Translations under genes and position numbers: made by a program
Notes under the pieces: generated by a model
Told to the model about the DNA's origin: nothing
What the model saw: only the letters and a program-made list of their open reading frames with translations
Databases searched by the model: none
Shown here: positions 39,189 to 53,677 of the stretch, piece by piece
How the letters are laid out: each line of letters starts with the position of its first letter
Numbering within the stretch: the first letter of the stretch is position 1
Assembly (NCBI GenBank): GCA_951406725.2
Contig: OX597814.1
Span: 167,896,001 to 167,960,000 of the forward strand
Direction: 5' to 3'
Length of the DNA stretch: 64,000 nt
From: Octopus vulgaris
Lineage: Eukaryota

Positions 39189-42100
39189 ATGTACTTTGTT
39201 TATTTTATACTGCAAATAGTGAACAATAGGCTAGTCTCCAATTCACTGCATTTGTCACTACAAGCACTCCCTTGTCAATCTCACCGTCAGAGTGAGAGAG
39301 TTATAAGGGAGTATCTGTAACACACTGCAGAACAAATATTTCCAGGGTCTTCATTCACAAATGGAAAAGAGGATGACTTTTTTCAGTTTTCTCATAGTCA
39401 TTTACATCCTTTGCTGGTATGCACTGGACAAAGACACACAGACACACACACACATGTATATGTGCACACATATATGCACTTATATATATATATATATATA
39501 TATATAAGTACACATGTGGATGCATTATGGTTGAATGGTTAAGAAGTCTGCTTTGTAGCCATGATGTACCCAGTTCAATTCCACAATGTAGCACCTTGAG
39601 CAAGTGTTAACCCAAGCCTTATGAGTGGAACTGAATATAGAGAAACTGTGTGGAAGCCCATGAAATGGATTTTTCTTTCTGCTTGTTTCAGTCATTAGAC
39701 TGTGGCCATACTGGGGCACCACCTTGAGGAATTTGTAGTTGATTGAGTCAACCCCAGTACTTTTTTTTTTAAAGTCTGGTACTTATTTTATCAGTTTCTT
39801 TTACCAAACCACTAAGTTACAGGGATGTAAACACACACACACACACATATATGAGGGGTTTCTTTCAGTTTCTGTCTACCAAATTCCAAGACGTTGGTCA
39901 ACCTGAGGCTACAGTAGAAGACACTTGCCCAAGGTGCCACACAGTGGGACTGAACCCAGAACCATGTAGTTGGGAAGCAAGTTTCTTACCACACAGCTAC
40001 ACTTGTGCATAATTTATTAAAGATGCAACATTGTCACACAATATCACGCTCATTCTACCGAGAATTACCCCAAGGACACACATGTCTATCTACCATAAGG
40101 TCCAGTCCTTGTTGTGGTGTGATGGCTTGTGTGCCTTAATGACCCTGAGAGGCATACTGTTGGAGTGCAATCTCCTTGTAGGGCCTCCTATGCTACACAG
40201 GTCAAAGGATAGAGAGCAGACTAATATGAACTTCCTCTTCCAGAGGTAAAGGTTAGCTTGCATAGGGCCAACATCCCTACCTAGGAAAAATGGAATGGTG
40301 ATGGAAAGATTAATGATGATTCAAAACCAACAAGACCTCAGGAAGGAAGATTTTCTTTCAGGGAAACATGGCAAGATGGAAGGAAGGATACCCTAAAAAT
40401 AGCTGGGAACAGGATACTGAGGCAAAACTGAAAAAGTAGGGATCGAACTGGAAAGAAACAGAAAAGACAGATTTGGGAACTGTAGAGAGAAATTGTCAAT
40501 GACTTTTGCTCTATGGGGAGCAAATGGCTTGAGTAAGTAACACACGTCTGTGGAATTATCAGCCTCTTACACTCAGAATCAATAATCAGGGAGTTTGTGT
40601 GGTCAAACAATTGAATAAGCATCTTCGAAAACAATAGGGTTTCATTTGCTTTCCATACACTTTCTGTCCATTAAATTCCACTTACAGTGTCAAGCTAAAG
40701 CTATGATAGAAAACACTTGCTTAAGGGGCTACACACTGCAATCAAATGTGAAACCAGATGGTGGCAAAGAAAACTTCTTTTTTATTACATAGTCAGATTT
40801 GCCTGTACAGTTGTTGCTTTGCTACAAATAATTACTTCATCTATTTAGAAGATAAATTATTGTTGTATATATATATTTCTTTTTTTTTTTTTTTTTTTTT
40901 TTTGAAAAGGTAGGGGTATAAAGAAATATAGGCATATTATATGATTTGTTTATTTTTAATCAGATAAATGGAATAATTTCTTAACTTCTATTGAGGAAAT
41001 TAAATTAACCTTGAAAAATAGATAGCAGAGAAAAGAAAATGTTTATCTATTTATTCCACCCATAAGTGTTCTACGGAAATAACTGGAAAGTTTTCAAATG
41101 TGTAATTCTTGAAACCAAAAGTTGACTTGACATTTTTGGTTCCCAGTGAAAACAAAGAGGCAATCTAATTTTGAAATAATGAGATATTGTTGGAGTTGTA
41201 AATGAGAGAAAAGATTAAACACAATTTTAAATTTGTTTGGCGTAGAGCCAATTTGTATAACCCTTTTGTGACCGTATTTCTCATAAAATACACTGCAAAT
41301 GTGTCTCAGTTAATTTTGAAAATAATCAACAATTTATAGGGGTGTAGTAAAATAATTAACATTTTTATTATTATATTAGTGATGGAACATACATTGCGTA
41401 AATTGATAGAAGATTTGAATTTAAATATGAACCCTTCAAAACAAGCAGTTTTGTATTATGTGATGAAGAGTAATATCAGGTTGATTGATACTGAAACAGT
41501 TATGGAAAAGCCACTATCAACCTTATCAATTCTAATGTAGCACTGATGCTTATTTTATCAACCCTGAAAGAATGAAAGATGTAGGAGACCCCAGTAAGTT
41601 TTGAACTCAGGCTTGAGAAGAGTAGAAGCTAAATGTGGTTCAGACTCAGCTAAATGCTGTTTGACATAGTGCTCTACTGACTTGACTATCTCCATTGCTC
41701 TTTGCCATCTTAATAATCTTACCAAAACAATCACTTACCTCAATATTATCATGAATGTGTTGTGTATTTGCATGTGATTATTAATTGATAATGATGAAAG
41801 AACAAGACTACTAAAACTAAAGAATGACATATGTTCTGTCTCTAATGGCATATTCAGAAATCTTATTAAACCTCTTTAGATTATCAAATTGTTTTTTTTT
41901 TTAATCCATGTGGGGTTTCCGTTTTTTTCCCTCATGTCAGATGGGTTTCATGAGTTACAAGTTTGAACATTTCTTAAGCAGGTTGGATTCTCTTCATTAC
42001 AGCAGTTACCAGTTAGTCTTAGTTATTTTCAAACTAAATGATGTAACAGCACTCACAGACAAACAATAACAAGGAGTCTCCTTGCATTGTTCATTATTCA

Positions 42101-42712
42101 GAGAAAGTTGCATTTGATGGTATCTTCTATTAGTTGGAATATTTATCTTCTGTTTACCATCAGCTGAACAATCTTCAATCTCTCCTTCCCCTCTCTCCCT
42201 CTCTCTTGCTCTCTTCCTCTCTCTCTCACTCACACACACACATATGCACACACAAACATCTGTCAAACTTAAATGCTCAAGGCTTTTTATTTGGGGGGCA
42301 GGCTATCCTTTATTGATCACTTCATAACATCCCATTCTTTTCTATTTCCCATGAACTTTATATTCTCATTACCTGAGAATGACATAGTGTTAGCAAATTA
42401 AATAAAGCAATAGCTCTTGTAGAACCATTAGGAGAGGACACAGTTCATCAGTGGTTATATAGTGTTTGAGAGTGATGTATTTAGCAGATTTTTCTAGAAT
42501 ACTATCATGGATGGGGGGGGGCTAGATGCATTATTTCAGATGTGTGATTAGCACTCTAGAGTAAAAGATTTGGGGTTACGGAAAAAAAAGAGATTTGAAT
42601 CAACATGAAATCTTCAAGCTACTAGCTGTACTTTCTTTAACAGAAATTAGCAGAAACAAATAGCATACTATACAATGTCTAAATCCTTTGACTTATTGAT
42701 TTCACTTTGGTG

Positions 42713-43022
42713 TGGAGGTACATGGCCTAGTGGTTAGAGCAGCGGACTCGCAGTCGAGGGATCACGGGTTCGAATCACAGACCGGGCAATGTGCGTGTTT
42801 ATGAGCGAAACACCTAAGCTCCACACATCTTCGGCAGAAGGTAATGGCGAAACTTCTGCTGATTCTTTCGCCACAACTTTCTCTCACTCTTTCCTCCTGC
42901 ATCTTGCAGCTCACCTGCGACGGACTGGCGTCCTGTCCAGGAGGGGAACCTATACGCCAAGAAACCGGGAAACCGGCCCTTATGAGCCAGGCATGGCTCG
43001 AGAAGGAACAAACAAAAAACAA
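42713..43022 (+). mobile_element. Young full-length tRNA-derived SINE (family 3)
   Basis: A box TGGCCTAGTGG, B box GGTTCGAATC, (AAAC)n tail, perfect 14-bp TSD ATTTCACTTTGGTG (42699-42712, 43023-43036). Confidence 0.92.
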
Positions 43023-43076
43023 ATTTCACTTTGGTGAAATTTTCATGATGTTGTAATCTCTTATTTTGTTCTTTAA

Positions 43077-43296
43077 CCCTTTAGCATTCAAACTGGTCGT
43101 ATCCGGTCCAAATATTTAACCTGTTTTATGTTGGAACTGGCTAGATCTGGCCTCTCATTTCAACCTTGCAATGTCATTCTAAAACTAAACAATCACATCA
43201 TCAAAATCTCTAAACTACATGATAATGCATGATTCACTCAAAACAATATAACTAAACAAACATTACATTTGACAAAATAATCTGAATACTAAAGGT
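43077..43296. mobile_element. piggyBac-type MITE
   Basis: TTAA-CCCTTTAGCATTCA...TGAATACTAAAGGT-TTAA; a partial second copy at ~43785-43982. Confidence 0.8.
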
Positions 43297-43565
43297 TTAA
43301 TTTCCTTCCAAAATATTTTCTTTTATAAAAAAATCTTTTCCCTGTCTTCACTGTGTTTAAGTTATATACGACAATGACTTGTGGAAAGTATTGTAGAGAT
43401 GAAAGATAAACTCCTTTGGTTTCAAATTTTAGCACAAGGCCAACGAGTTTGGTGGGAGGGGGGAAAGTTGATTACATTGACCCCTGTACTTAACTGGTAC
43501 TTATTTTATCAACCCCAAAAGGATGAAAAGTAAAGTACACTTCAATGAAATTTGAGCTCAGAGAG

Positions 43566-43719
43566 CACTAGTGTAGCTACATGTGGGGTGGAGGGATGGG
43601 TACTTTTATGGAGGTGGCACCAATTTTGGGTCCGCAGCAGGCAATATGTATTTTTTGTGGGGGACCTGAGGACAGCAAACTGAAGGGCCACACCAGGCAG
43701 CACACTAGCTATGCTAGTG
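43566..43719. mobile_element. hAT-like MITE nested in a family 2 SINE
   Basis: TIRs CACTAGTGTAGCTA / TAGCTATGCTAGTG; decayed 8-bp TSD beginning TCAGA on both sides; the SINE resumes after it. Confidence 0.7.
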
Positions 43720-45307
43720 TCAGAAGTTAGAGACAGATGAAATGCCACTAAGCATTTTGCCTAGCATGCTAACTGTTCTGCCTTATATCTGGCCAAAATA
43801 TTCTTCATGTTTTATGTTCAAACCAGCCGGATGTGGCTTCTCATACCTAACCTACATTGTCATTCTAAAAATAAGCAAGCACATCATCAAAATCTCAAAG
43901 CTACTAGATAACACATGATTAATTCAAAGCAATGTGAGTAAATGAGCATCACATTTGACAGAGTAATCTGAAAGCTAAAGGGTTAAATGACTTGTTAAAG
44001 CCATTTTGGCTACAAATACTTTTACTTCCTCTCTCCTTTATTCATCAACATCTAAAAAATATACGGTAGGTAAATCTGTCAGTATATGTGAGACTGACAG
44101 CAAAGGAGGGAGTGTAAGAGAAAGTTGGAGGGAATTTAAGATTATGAGACCAAATTATTAATTGATAAATCCAGCATTTGTTTCTTTGTTTTAATGTGAT
44201 TAAATGCTAGTTATTAGTATCCAGCCTTAGAAACCATGCCAATGCTAACATTGGAGCTTATCAGCTCTGCAGATAGTTGGATCCTGTCAAACCGTCTAAC
44301 CCATGCCAGCATAGAAATTGGCCAGTAAATGATTATTATGATGATGGTGGTGGTGGTGGTGGTGGCGGCAGCGGTGGCTGTTGTTGTTGTTAAAAAGAAA
44401 AAAAGACGCTTGACCAATGGTCTTTCGGAAATGAAGTCAGCAACAAAATCTGTGAAAAATGGAAGAAAGATAATTTTCAAAAGAGAAGGTGGTTGTGGTG
44501 GTGCTTCTGATCAACTCTGCTCCAGATCAACTCTGGTCACGCAGAACTATAATGAAAGCATACCACTCTCGACCATCCTGTCTTTTTCTTACGAGCACAT
44601 TATCAGTGGCCCTTTCTTTTCCTTTTTTTTTTAAAGATAGTAGAGTGTGATTTGAGGTAGATTGGGCTGCTGTTTCTAATTGTGGAAAGTAGTGGAGGAG
44701 GTGGTGGAGGACTTGAAACTAGAGAATCAATGAAAGAGAAGGTCAGTAGTAGTAAAGATAACAATCAAAGTAGGGGTTGGGGTGGACTATGCAAGTGTTG
44801 GTTATTGCTAACCAAATTGCTGCTGTAGTGGTTCACAAACTGATAAATACCAAGCTGTGCCCTATCACAAAAAATACAAAAATATACAGTAAAATTTTTT
44901 TTTTTTTTTTTATTAATGTGAAAATAGAATAGTTTGTATCCATATACAGGCATGGCTGTATGGTAAGAAGTTTGCTTCCAGAAACCACATGGTTTCAGGT
45001 TCAGTCCCACTACAAGACACACTGGGCTGACCAAAGCCAGGTGAATGGATTTAGTAGGTAGAAAATGAAGGAAGCCCATCATATATATATATAGTTGTGT
45101 GTGTGTGTCTTTGCATTTATGTCTGTTCCCCTCTGCTTGACACCTGTTGTTGGTTTGTTTACATCCCTGTAACTTAGCAGACTACTAGAATACGTACTGG
45201 AGTTAATGTGTTCAACTAAAACCTTTCAAAGTTGCATCCCAGAATGGCTACACTCCAGTGACTGAAACAAGCGTGCACACGCATGCACACACACACACAC
45301 ACACACA

Positions 45308-45504
45308 CAGTATGGCCAAAAGTCATGCACCAAAACATTTGACATTTTATTTGTTTCACGTTATTATATTTTTCATTTTGTTCATCATGTACAAGTATGT
45401 GTGTATTCAATATTTTATTTATTCTATTCAACTTTAGAAAAGTTTGAGTAGGTCTTTGACAATTCCAGAGCATATTGAACTTATTTTGTGCATGACTTTT
45501 AACC

Positions 45505-45507
<3 letters not shown>
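45308..45507. mobile_element. Tc1-type MITE
   Basis: Inverted ends CAG..AAAAGTCATGCAC / GTGCATGACTTTT..CTG followed by TA. Confidence 0.6.
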
Positions 45508-45537
<30 letters not shown>

Positions 45538-45540
<3 letters not shown>

Positions 45541-45720
45541 GGAAAGTTTACGAAAATAAACAAAAGACGAAGGCAGGTGGAGTACAAACAAACAAATGTA
45601 TTAGTATAGCGCTCAGGAATAGAAAAAGTCTTTTACGTTTCGAGCCTACGCTCTTCGACACAGATAAAAACAAGGAGAGAAAAAAATGCGTGTAGGAGCT
45701 AACAATCTATCATAGCGAAT
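45538..45720 (-). mobile_element. Penelope-like short element with a damaged hammerhead motif
   Basis: Homologous to 61210-61400. Minus strand TGTCGA A GAGC GTAG GCTC GAAAC GTA AAAG. Confidence 0.6.
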
Positions 45721-46861
45721 TATATATATATAATTCTTCATTCTTCATCATGGGGCTGGACAAGTTTAAAATGTTCAAAGCCCTTTTCAATTTTATTAAA
45801 CATGGCAATTTGTCCAACCCTTTTCCAGTCCTCACAGCTCCCAGCTCATTGAGAAACACTAGCTTAGAGTATGCATTGTGAAACCAAATTAGAAATAAAC
45901 CAGATGTCTTATGACAACAGATTAACAAACAAATTCAATAACTTTTGTTTTTGTTGGGAGTTAAAAGTTCAGTTGATTTATAATATAGACAACTATAAAG
46001 TGTCTAAAGAAATTATATTGTAATAAGGTCATTTTTCTGATTGTGTGGTTCATTTTTTTCTCTTTTTTTTTCAATGGGGGGGGGGTACTTTTAATATGGA
46101 AAGTTATGAAAAGTTTATTTAATTTCATTCCAAGCATTTTCATAATTAGTTTAGGATTTGATATGAATTATTTATATAAAAAATCTGTGTCAATTAGATG
46201 ATATCTGGAGAAGAAGCAACCTAATTTGCTCGGCCCATTTGTTCTCCCTCCCCCTCTCTCCTTCTCTCTATCTCTCTCTCCTTTTTGTTTTCCTCTCTCT
46301 CACACACACATATACATTACATTGTGTGTATGTGTGTGTGTGTGTGTGTGTATAAAACATAATTTAGACATCTGAGATAAATTATTACCAAGTAAAGATA
46401 AATATCAATTTACAAGTCACCATTAATATTGATATATTGACAAAATACTAATTTGACAGTTATAGGAAAAATAATGAGTCTGAGTCATATATGAAGAGAC
46501 ACCGAAAATGAAATGGCAAATGATTATTCTTTATCATGCCAGGTGATTATCGTAAGGCTCTGAAACATTGATATTAACTCATATCATGTTGGTTTCAATC
46601 TTTGATGTTGCTTCATTAGGGAGAAAGTCAGTATCAAAGAAGTAAATAATCTTGCTGTAACATCTCATCTCCTGTAGCCTAAATTTTTTTCTTTTCGTTT
46701 TTCCTGTTCTTTTTTCCCATTTTTTTTTTTTCTGTGAGAGGGCTGACAGGAATCTAATCATAGTCCACATTTCTCAAACATTTTGAGAGACTGATGTCAC
46801 AGAACAGCAATATCTTGTGATTCTGTTTAAAAATAAACTGATTGTGTGTGTCTGTGTGCAT

Positions 46862-46970
46862 GTGTGTGTGTGTGTGTGTGTGGGTGGATGGATGGACGGA
46901 CGGACGGACGGACGGACGGACGGACGGACAGACAGACAGATAGATATACAAACAGTCAGACAGACAGATA
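46862..46970. repeat. Compound (GT)n/(GGAT)/(GGAC)n/(AGAC)n microsatellite
   Basis: Read directly. Confidence 0.93.
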
Positions 46971-49233
46971 AAGGTTTGTTTGGGTTTAAGCAGGAAGAAA
47001 GGAAAGAGCATGGCCAATTGATTAAGAAGTTCACTTTGCAATCATGAGATCCTAGGTTCAATTCTGCAGCATGGCATTTTGGACATATGTCTTTTATTGT
47101 AATGCAAAAGATCCGGCTTTGTTAAATTTTGAAGTGTTATGCTGATTCTGTTTGAGGTCTAAGTTATATAATGTCTGTGTGTGTTTAATGTAATTGTATC
47201 AACCATTTATATTAATTCAGATCATATTGTTCATTTGACTGAAGAACAGAATGCCCATTGCCAAAACTAGCTGATATTTATTTATTTTGCTTATATATAT
47301 ATATTACTGCTGTTATCGTGAAAGAAGCATCCTATACACTCTGTAAATCAAATTGAACACTAATAACACAGGATTCAAGATGGCTCTCAGTCCTGCTGAG
47401 AACATATATATGTGCTGCCCTTCCCCACACTCACACACTCAGTTGAGGGTTTCATGAGTTACTTGATAACCTCACTAGTGCCAGTGCTGTGAAAAAAAGT
47501 ACCCAAAAACTCTGTAAAGTGGTTGGCATTTGAAAAGGCATCCAGCTGTAGAAGCTATGCCAAAGCAGACAATGGAGCTCAACATAGGAGGACATAATTA
47601 TCCAATTTGTCAAATCCTTTAAACAGTCTATGTCAGCATAGAAGATAGACATTAAACGATGATGATATGTGTGTGTGTGTCTATACATATGTGTTTTTAT
47701 CTATATATGTGTTATCATCATCATCATCATCATACACACACACTCACACACATATACTTTGGGAGGAGAGGTAAGAGAACTTTTCTAGAATTACTTTGTA
47801 AGGGATGGAAGAATACAATATCATACAAATTTTGAACAGTGACTGAGCAAGAGTTTTGTTTAAAGTAGGATTGTATGACAAAAAACCTTTCCTTTATTTG
47901 ACCTGAAAGTTCATTTTTAAAGTAGTTTTTGTTGTAACATCAAAGACAATCAAAACAAAGACATGCAAAACACACATGAGAAGGATTCAAAATGATCTCT
48001 GAGCTATCAGTTTAGATACAAGAGCATTAACATGACAAGGAGGCATTGTTAGAAATCTTACAACACAGCAGAAATAACAATGAGGTGCAAACAGAAGTTA
48101 AGTGTTTTTTATGGTCACAAAGTCCTCATATTTTTATTGTCTTTCATATTCACTTTCTCTGACTGAACTTGTTTAAAAAAAGAAAAACAATCTAAGCATT
48201 ATATTTTTAAACAAACTTTCATAAACAAGTTTTTGTCATACCTAGTTTAATCAAGCTTAGCTCATAACAAATAGATTAAATCAATAAATTGAATACAAAA
48301 AAGGAAAGAAAATTGTACTTATATATACATATATATATATTCTTTTTATCTAGTTTCAGCTCACGAGCTGTGGTGATGCTGTTTTTTTTTTCTCTTCTGT
48401 GAACGTAAACATGAATTTCCGAGTTGTTATCAGATATTTATTGAATGCTCTAACATGTTCAAACCCGTAACTGTTATAGTTGTTAAGCTAATTGATTATT
48501 ATATATATATTCTGTCATTTAGTAGTTGATATAAATCTTCATGATTTTATATGTCAAATGAGATTGGATGATTCGATAGATATTCAACACTGATATTGAA
48601 CAAATTTATAAGTTCATCTTTGTAAGATTTTATTGTCATAAATATTTTATCATTTCCTTTTAAAGAAGTTTTCCAATGTATTTTTCTCTTTCTTTGAAAT
48701 AATATTTCTACCAGATAGTTTACTAATTCAACAGTGTCTTATATAACAACTTATCATTCTCATCTTGTCTTTGTACTGTGTTGTTTTCTTTCTTCATTAT
48801 AGAACATTGTTAGCTAAGTGTGGAGTATGTCTTCATTGGGCTGTAGGTTCACTCTCAACCCTATGGTATAGGTTTCAAGAAATAGAAATTGTTACTTGAT
48901 CTCTACTTTGAACTTACTGAGAAAAATAAATTTTGGAAGAAAATAAATATACATCATAAAGATGAGAAGAAAAGCTCCGTTCTTCAAAGAAGAGCAATCA
49001 ACAAAAGATTATATAGAAGAAAGTTTTATGAGTTTTTTTTCTTCTTTTTTTTTAAACATAAACCTCATGAAGGTAGCTCATTAGTTAATAAAGCACTTCC
49101 AGCCGAAAGCTTTAGTATAATGACTATTGATTGAAGTATAAAGACATTTTATATTGCTGGCTTAGGAAATAAGTTTCTAGTGAGGACACTAAATCTTCCC
49201 TATTTTTTTTTACAAATTAACTAATACACTAAT

Positions 49234-49265
<32 letters not shown>

Positions 49266-51512
49266 TTGCCATAAATGTTTTCCTCTTCTTATTTAGTCTT
49301 TGTCTAAAATCTCTCCTCATGAAACTCATAACTTAAATCACTACTACATTTTTTTTTCTAATTGGTGCTGGGATAGGGCCCAGGATCTTTACACAGTCTG
49401 AGACAGACTGGAGGTAAGGAGACAAGTATTCAGATTGGACTCTACTAAAATTACCTAAGATGCCAGATGGTGGTGTTAAACCAGTTGATGAAATAAATCT
49501 ACCAGCCAGTTTTAGGCCATAGTAGGATTTGAACTCAGAATGTAAAGTGCTGGAACAAATACCATGAAACATCCAGTTCAGCATTCTTGAGGTTCTACCT
49601 GTCCATTGACTTGGATTCATGCCTTTTTATGAACACTGAAAGAATAAGAGGCAAATTTGACCTCAGTATATTTGAATTCAGAATGCAAGAAGTCAGAACA
49701 AGTATCTATTCATGATCTATTATTATAGAAGTTTCCTTTTATTCAAAGACCTCCAACAAGAATTCCATATATTACTGAAATTCAATAATATTACCTCATT
49801 ATTTGGTGCATGATTTTATTGTATTCATGAACAGATGCCTGTCTTCTGTATTTCTTTGTAAATGTAATTCACAATTTTTCAATTCGTGATCAAGCATACA
49901 CAAGCAATATCTCATTAAGAAATAAAAGACTGATTAAATTAGGAAGACAACACATTCATGATAAAAAGGAATTGGATTCCAAGTTAGCTTTCTGCTAAAT
50001 TTCATTGTAGTAATCATCTTAGATTCTGCATCATAGAATGTGCCTAAAATCATCATTGTATTATGTTACAAAGTGATTATTTTGACTAGAAACAGTGTTA
50101 TCTAAAAGCTCCTATTGCTAAGTATTTAGCTGTATGTAATAAATCCCAGTTTTATAGTCAAATAAATAAGAGAAACTTCACTGCTGGGAATAGTATTGCT
50201 AATCTGCTAAGTCGATAAACACCAAGAAATATTTAAAAATTGAAATGAAAGCAACAAAAACTTGCACTACTTTTTCAATCTACTTTTAACATAAAACTTG
50301 TGATGCAAAGTAACCATTTTCAAACAAAAATTTGGTTAAAAAATAAATGAATTTGTGAAAAGTTTGCTTCGTTTTTTTTTTGTTTTTTTTATAGTTTGAC
50401 TTAATTTTGTTGGAATATTTGCATAAGCTACAACAAAGATAATTGTAAAATTAAGTGATTATACCTGAATAATTATTATCATCAAATGAATTTTTAATTG
50501 TATTGTTTTAATTATTGGCTATTCACATCAAATTATATTATTATTTCAGAATCATCATTATCTCCCCCATCCCTGTCCAAACCACCATCATCAATGATTT
50601 AACAATTGTTTCTCCATAATAGCACTGTCTGGACAAGCTGGAGAGCATGTTTGTGTGTGATCTTATGTTTTTGTTAATTTGTTGTAGGAAGCAAAATGTA
50701 GGGAAAAAATAATTAAAATTTTAACAAACAGATACAGGCATAGCTATGTAGTTAGGAAGTTTATATACAACCACATACTTCCAAGTTCAAACCCTCTGCA
50801 TGGCTTCTTGAGCAACTGATTTCTACTATAATCTCAAGTTTACTAACGAATTGCAAATGGAACTCAGTAGCCAGAGACTGTGTGGAAGCCTATTGAATAT
50901 GTATATGTGTCTTTATATACACATGCATGTGCATACACAAACACGCACATATATTCATACTCATATACAAACACATACATGTGTGATACGTTCATTCATT
51001 CAATGTCCAAATGTCCATTTTTCTGTACTAGCAAGGGCTAGACAGAGACTTGTTTTGAAGCAGTATTTTACATCCTGATGCCAGCCCTTAATTTTTTTTT
51101 TCTCAAATTAGGGATTGTTCTTGCATTCCACTGGTCTTCAGATATGTAGAGTGACCATTCTTAATGTCAACAAGGGACAGAAATATCATATCATCACTTC
51201 ACTAAAACACTAACAAACAAAGCTGCTGACTACCAACATTCATATGCACATTCATACACACACACACACGCACATGCTTCCAAACAGTTTTTTTGTTTAA
51301 CAATTCCACTCACAAGGCATTGGTCAGCCTTAGGCTAGAGTTGAAGATGCATGCCAAAGTTTCTATGAAGTGGGATGGACAAAATCCAAAAATTACATGG
51401 TTGTAAAGTGAACTTCTTAACTACATTATCTGCACTACACAACCATGTGTTTGTGTGTGTGTATGTGTATAAGTGAATGACAAAAGTAGGAGTTATGTAA
51501 TCACTTTCATTA

Positions 51513-51591
51513 GCTTACAGCTGTGTTTGCTGTGAAGAACTGTGCACCTGATGTTGAGTGCAAGTGCAACATCTCATAGCTTCCTCAGAGC
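51513..51591 (-). ncRNA. Degenerate hammerhead ribozyme motif
   Basis: Minus strand: GCT CTGAGGA A GCTATGA..TCACAGC AAACAC AGCT GTA AGC. Stems I and II and AGCT-GTA match the layout at 13642, but the GAAA box is mutated. Confidence 0.45.
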
Positions 51592-51827
51592 CATTTCAAA
51601 TATATACACACAAACATGTATATCATCATCATCATTCAACATCTATCTTCCATGCTGGCAGTCCAATAACTGAAAACAGTAAAAGAATAAAACAGTAAAT
51701 ACATTCAACTTGTGAACTGTCATTTCAAATAATTAACCATAATTCATCTAATTTATTAATCTAATCCAGTGCTCTTTTAATTCATTCAGTATAAGAACTT
51801 TTTTCTTCTTGAATATTTTCATCCTAG

Positions 51828-51883
51828 AATTCACATGAATATGCTGAACTACCTGTTCGTCACAATGAAGATCAGCAAAACAG
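51828..51883 (+). CDS. ASCC3: ASCC3 internal exon C, NSHEYAELPVRHNEDQQN(S)
   Basis: cctag|AAT acceptor and AG|gtcagt donor; 56 nt, phase 0/2. Contains the LPVRHNED motif. Confidence 0.93.
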
Positions 51884-53677
51884 GTCAGTTTCTAACATTA
51901 TCTGCCACCAAAATTACCTACAGGTTTTGTTTTTATTTAATTTTTTTTTAATGTTATCAACTATATGATTAATTCACCAGCATTCCAGTTTGTAATAATG
52001 CCATCTTGAAGAATATTCAATATAACTAGTTATAAAATATTATCTTAATTATAACTACATCAGCAGTTTAGAAAAAACTAAAAATTTCAAACAATAAAGA
52101 TGAACCTGTATACAGGTAACATGGCATGTTAAAAATAACAGCCAGATTCTTCTCATATCACACTTTACTGTATTAAAAATGGAAGGAAAGGACATTTTGG
52201 ACACTGTAGTTTTAGATGTATTGTGTTTGTCAAAAGTTCTGGGATTTGTTACACTGGTAATGTATTTTATCACAGATTGGTTCAATTAAAGCTGAGCCGG
52301 GATTAAATAACGTCAAAACTAACCTTAACAATACATAAAACCAGGCTTGTCTAATCAATGTTTATCTACTTCAGTAAATTTTTAATATCCTCTTCTAAAG
52401 TAGATATTAACTTCTTATACTTAATCAACACTTAGGAAAAAAGAAGCAGGTATTTAGATTTTGTGGTTGTCATAAATGTACTAACAAAATCCATGAAATT
52501 AAATGCTTATAACTATAAATCAAAATTGTCAGTCTTCTACTCAATTCACAAGACAATGTTATTTTTCTGTTTATTGAAAAATGTTTTATTTTAGTCATTT
52601 AGTTCTTTTTCTTTTTCTGCAAAGCACCTGTGAATTATTAACTTTTGATTAATTTAGTATGTTAAGTAGCTCTATATATTATATAAGCTTTGATGTATTT
52701 CATTTTAGTGTCAGAACATTTCTTTTATATCATTAATTGTCTTTGAAAAAGTATGAATGCCTCAGCATCCAGTGTGGAACCTTGGGCAAATGTCTTCTAT
52801 TATAGCCCCAAGCCAGCCAAAGTCCTTTGAGTGGATTTGGCAGATGGAACCTCAAAGCAGCCTGTCATGTATGCATGTAACCTTGTTTAGTTATCATGTG
52901 ATTAGCATTATCATCATGTAAGGTTGTTTGTTTCCTGTTTTCCATGTCTGGCTTTGGAAAAGTATTACTTTGCTTGAAAACAGGTGACAGTAGGTAACAG
53001 AAAGGGCATGCAGCCAGAGAAAATCTGATGAACAAATTTCGCCCGACCTATACAAACTTGGGAAAGTGAATGTTAAATGCTGATGATAAAATGCAAACTC
53101 TTATTTCCCTGTTAGATGGAAGACTGATGTTTGTACAAATAGAAAAATGATTTTAAATGTTTTCCAATATTTTGTTCAGTCCTTCTCCCATCTGAGTTTA
53201 GTTTATGCCAAAACTAACATTGTCTTTACTCTTTCTCTCACAATCAATAAAATAAGCAAGCACTCCTATAAAATAATTGAATCTGTACAAAGTCAATTGT
53301 ACAGAAAGCTGTGGGTTTTTGTGCCACTGCTGCTGTGCCAGCTTAGTGAAATGTTTTACAGTTTGAAATCTAGTGTTTGGCTCTTCTGACTTCAAGTCAT
53401 GCTGAAATCAACATTCCATTTCATTCCTCAAGATAATAAATATCATCCACAAATCAATTGACTGTATTGCTGAATTCTTTCCGCTTCAAAATGCTCCTGC
53501 TTGGTTGTAGCTATCTGTCTTCTATTACATTACTTACAACATTGAGAAAATTATGAAGGGTTCACAGTTTTATTTCCCTCTTTTTTGTGCATGTGAGGGC
53601 CTTGTAGTTCCATGTAAGATGTCTTTGTTCTTATATGAAAATAGTTTATCATTACGATATATATTTCTTTTTCCCAG

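Noticed and set aside
42713-42790. tRNA gene
   Set aside because: The tRNA-like head continues into a SINE body with tail and TSD; no proper acceptor stem or terminator.
47236-47280. Sense-strand hammerhead-like CTGAAGA..AATG-CC-CATT..CAAAACTAGCT
   Set aside because: GAAA box and cleavage triplet are broken and there is no stem I; at best a dead relic.
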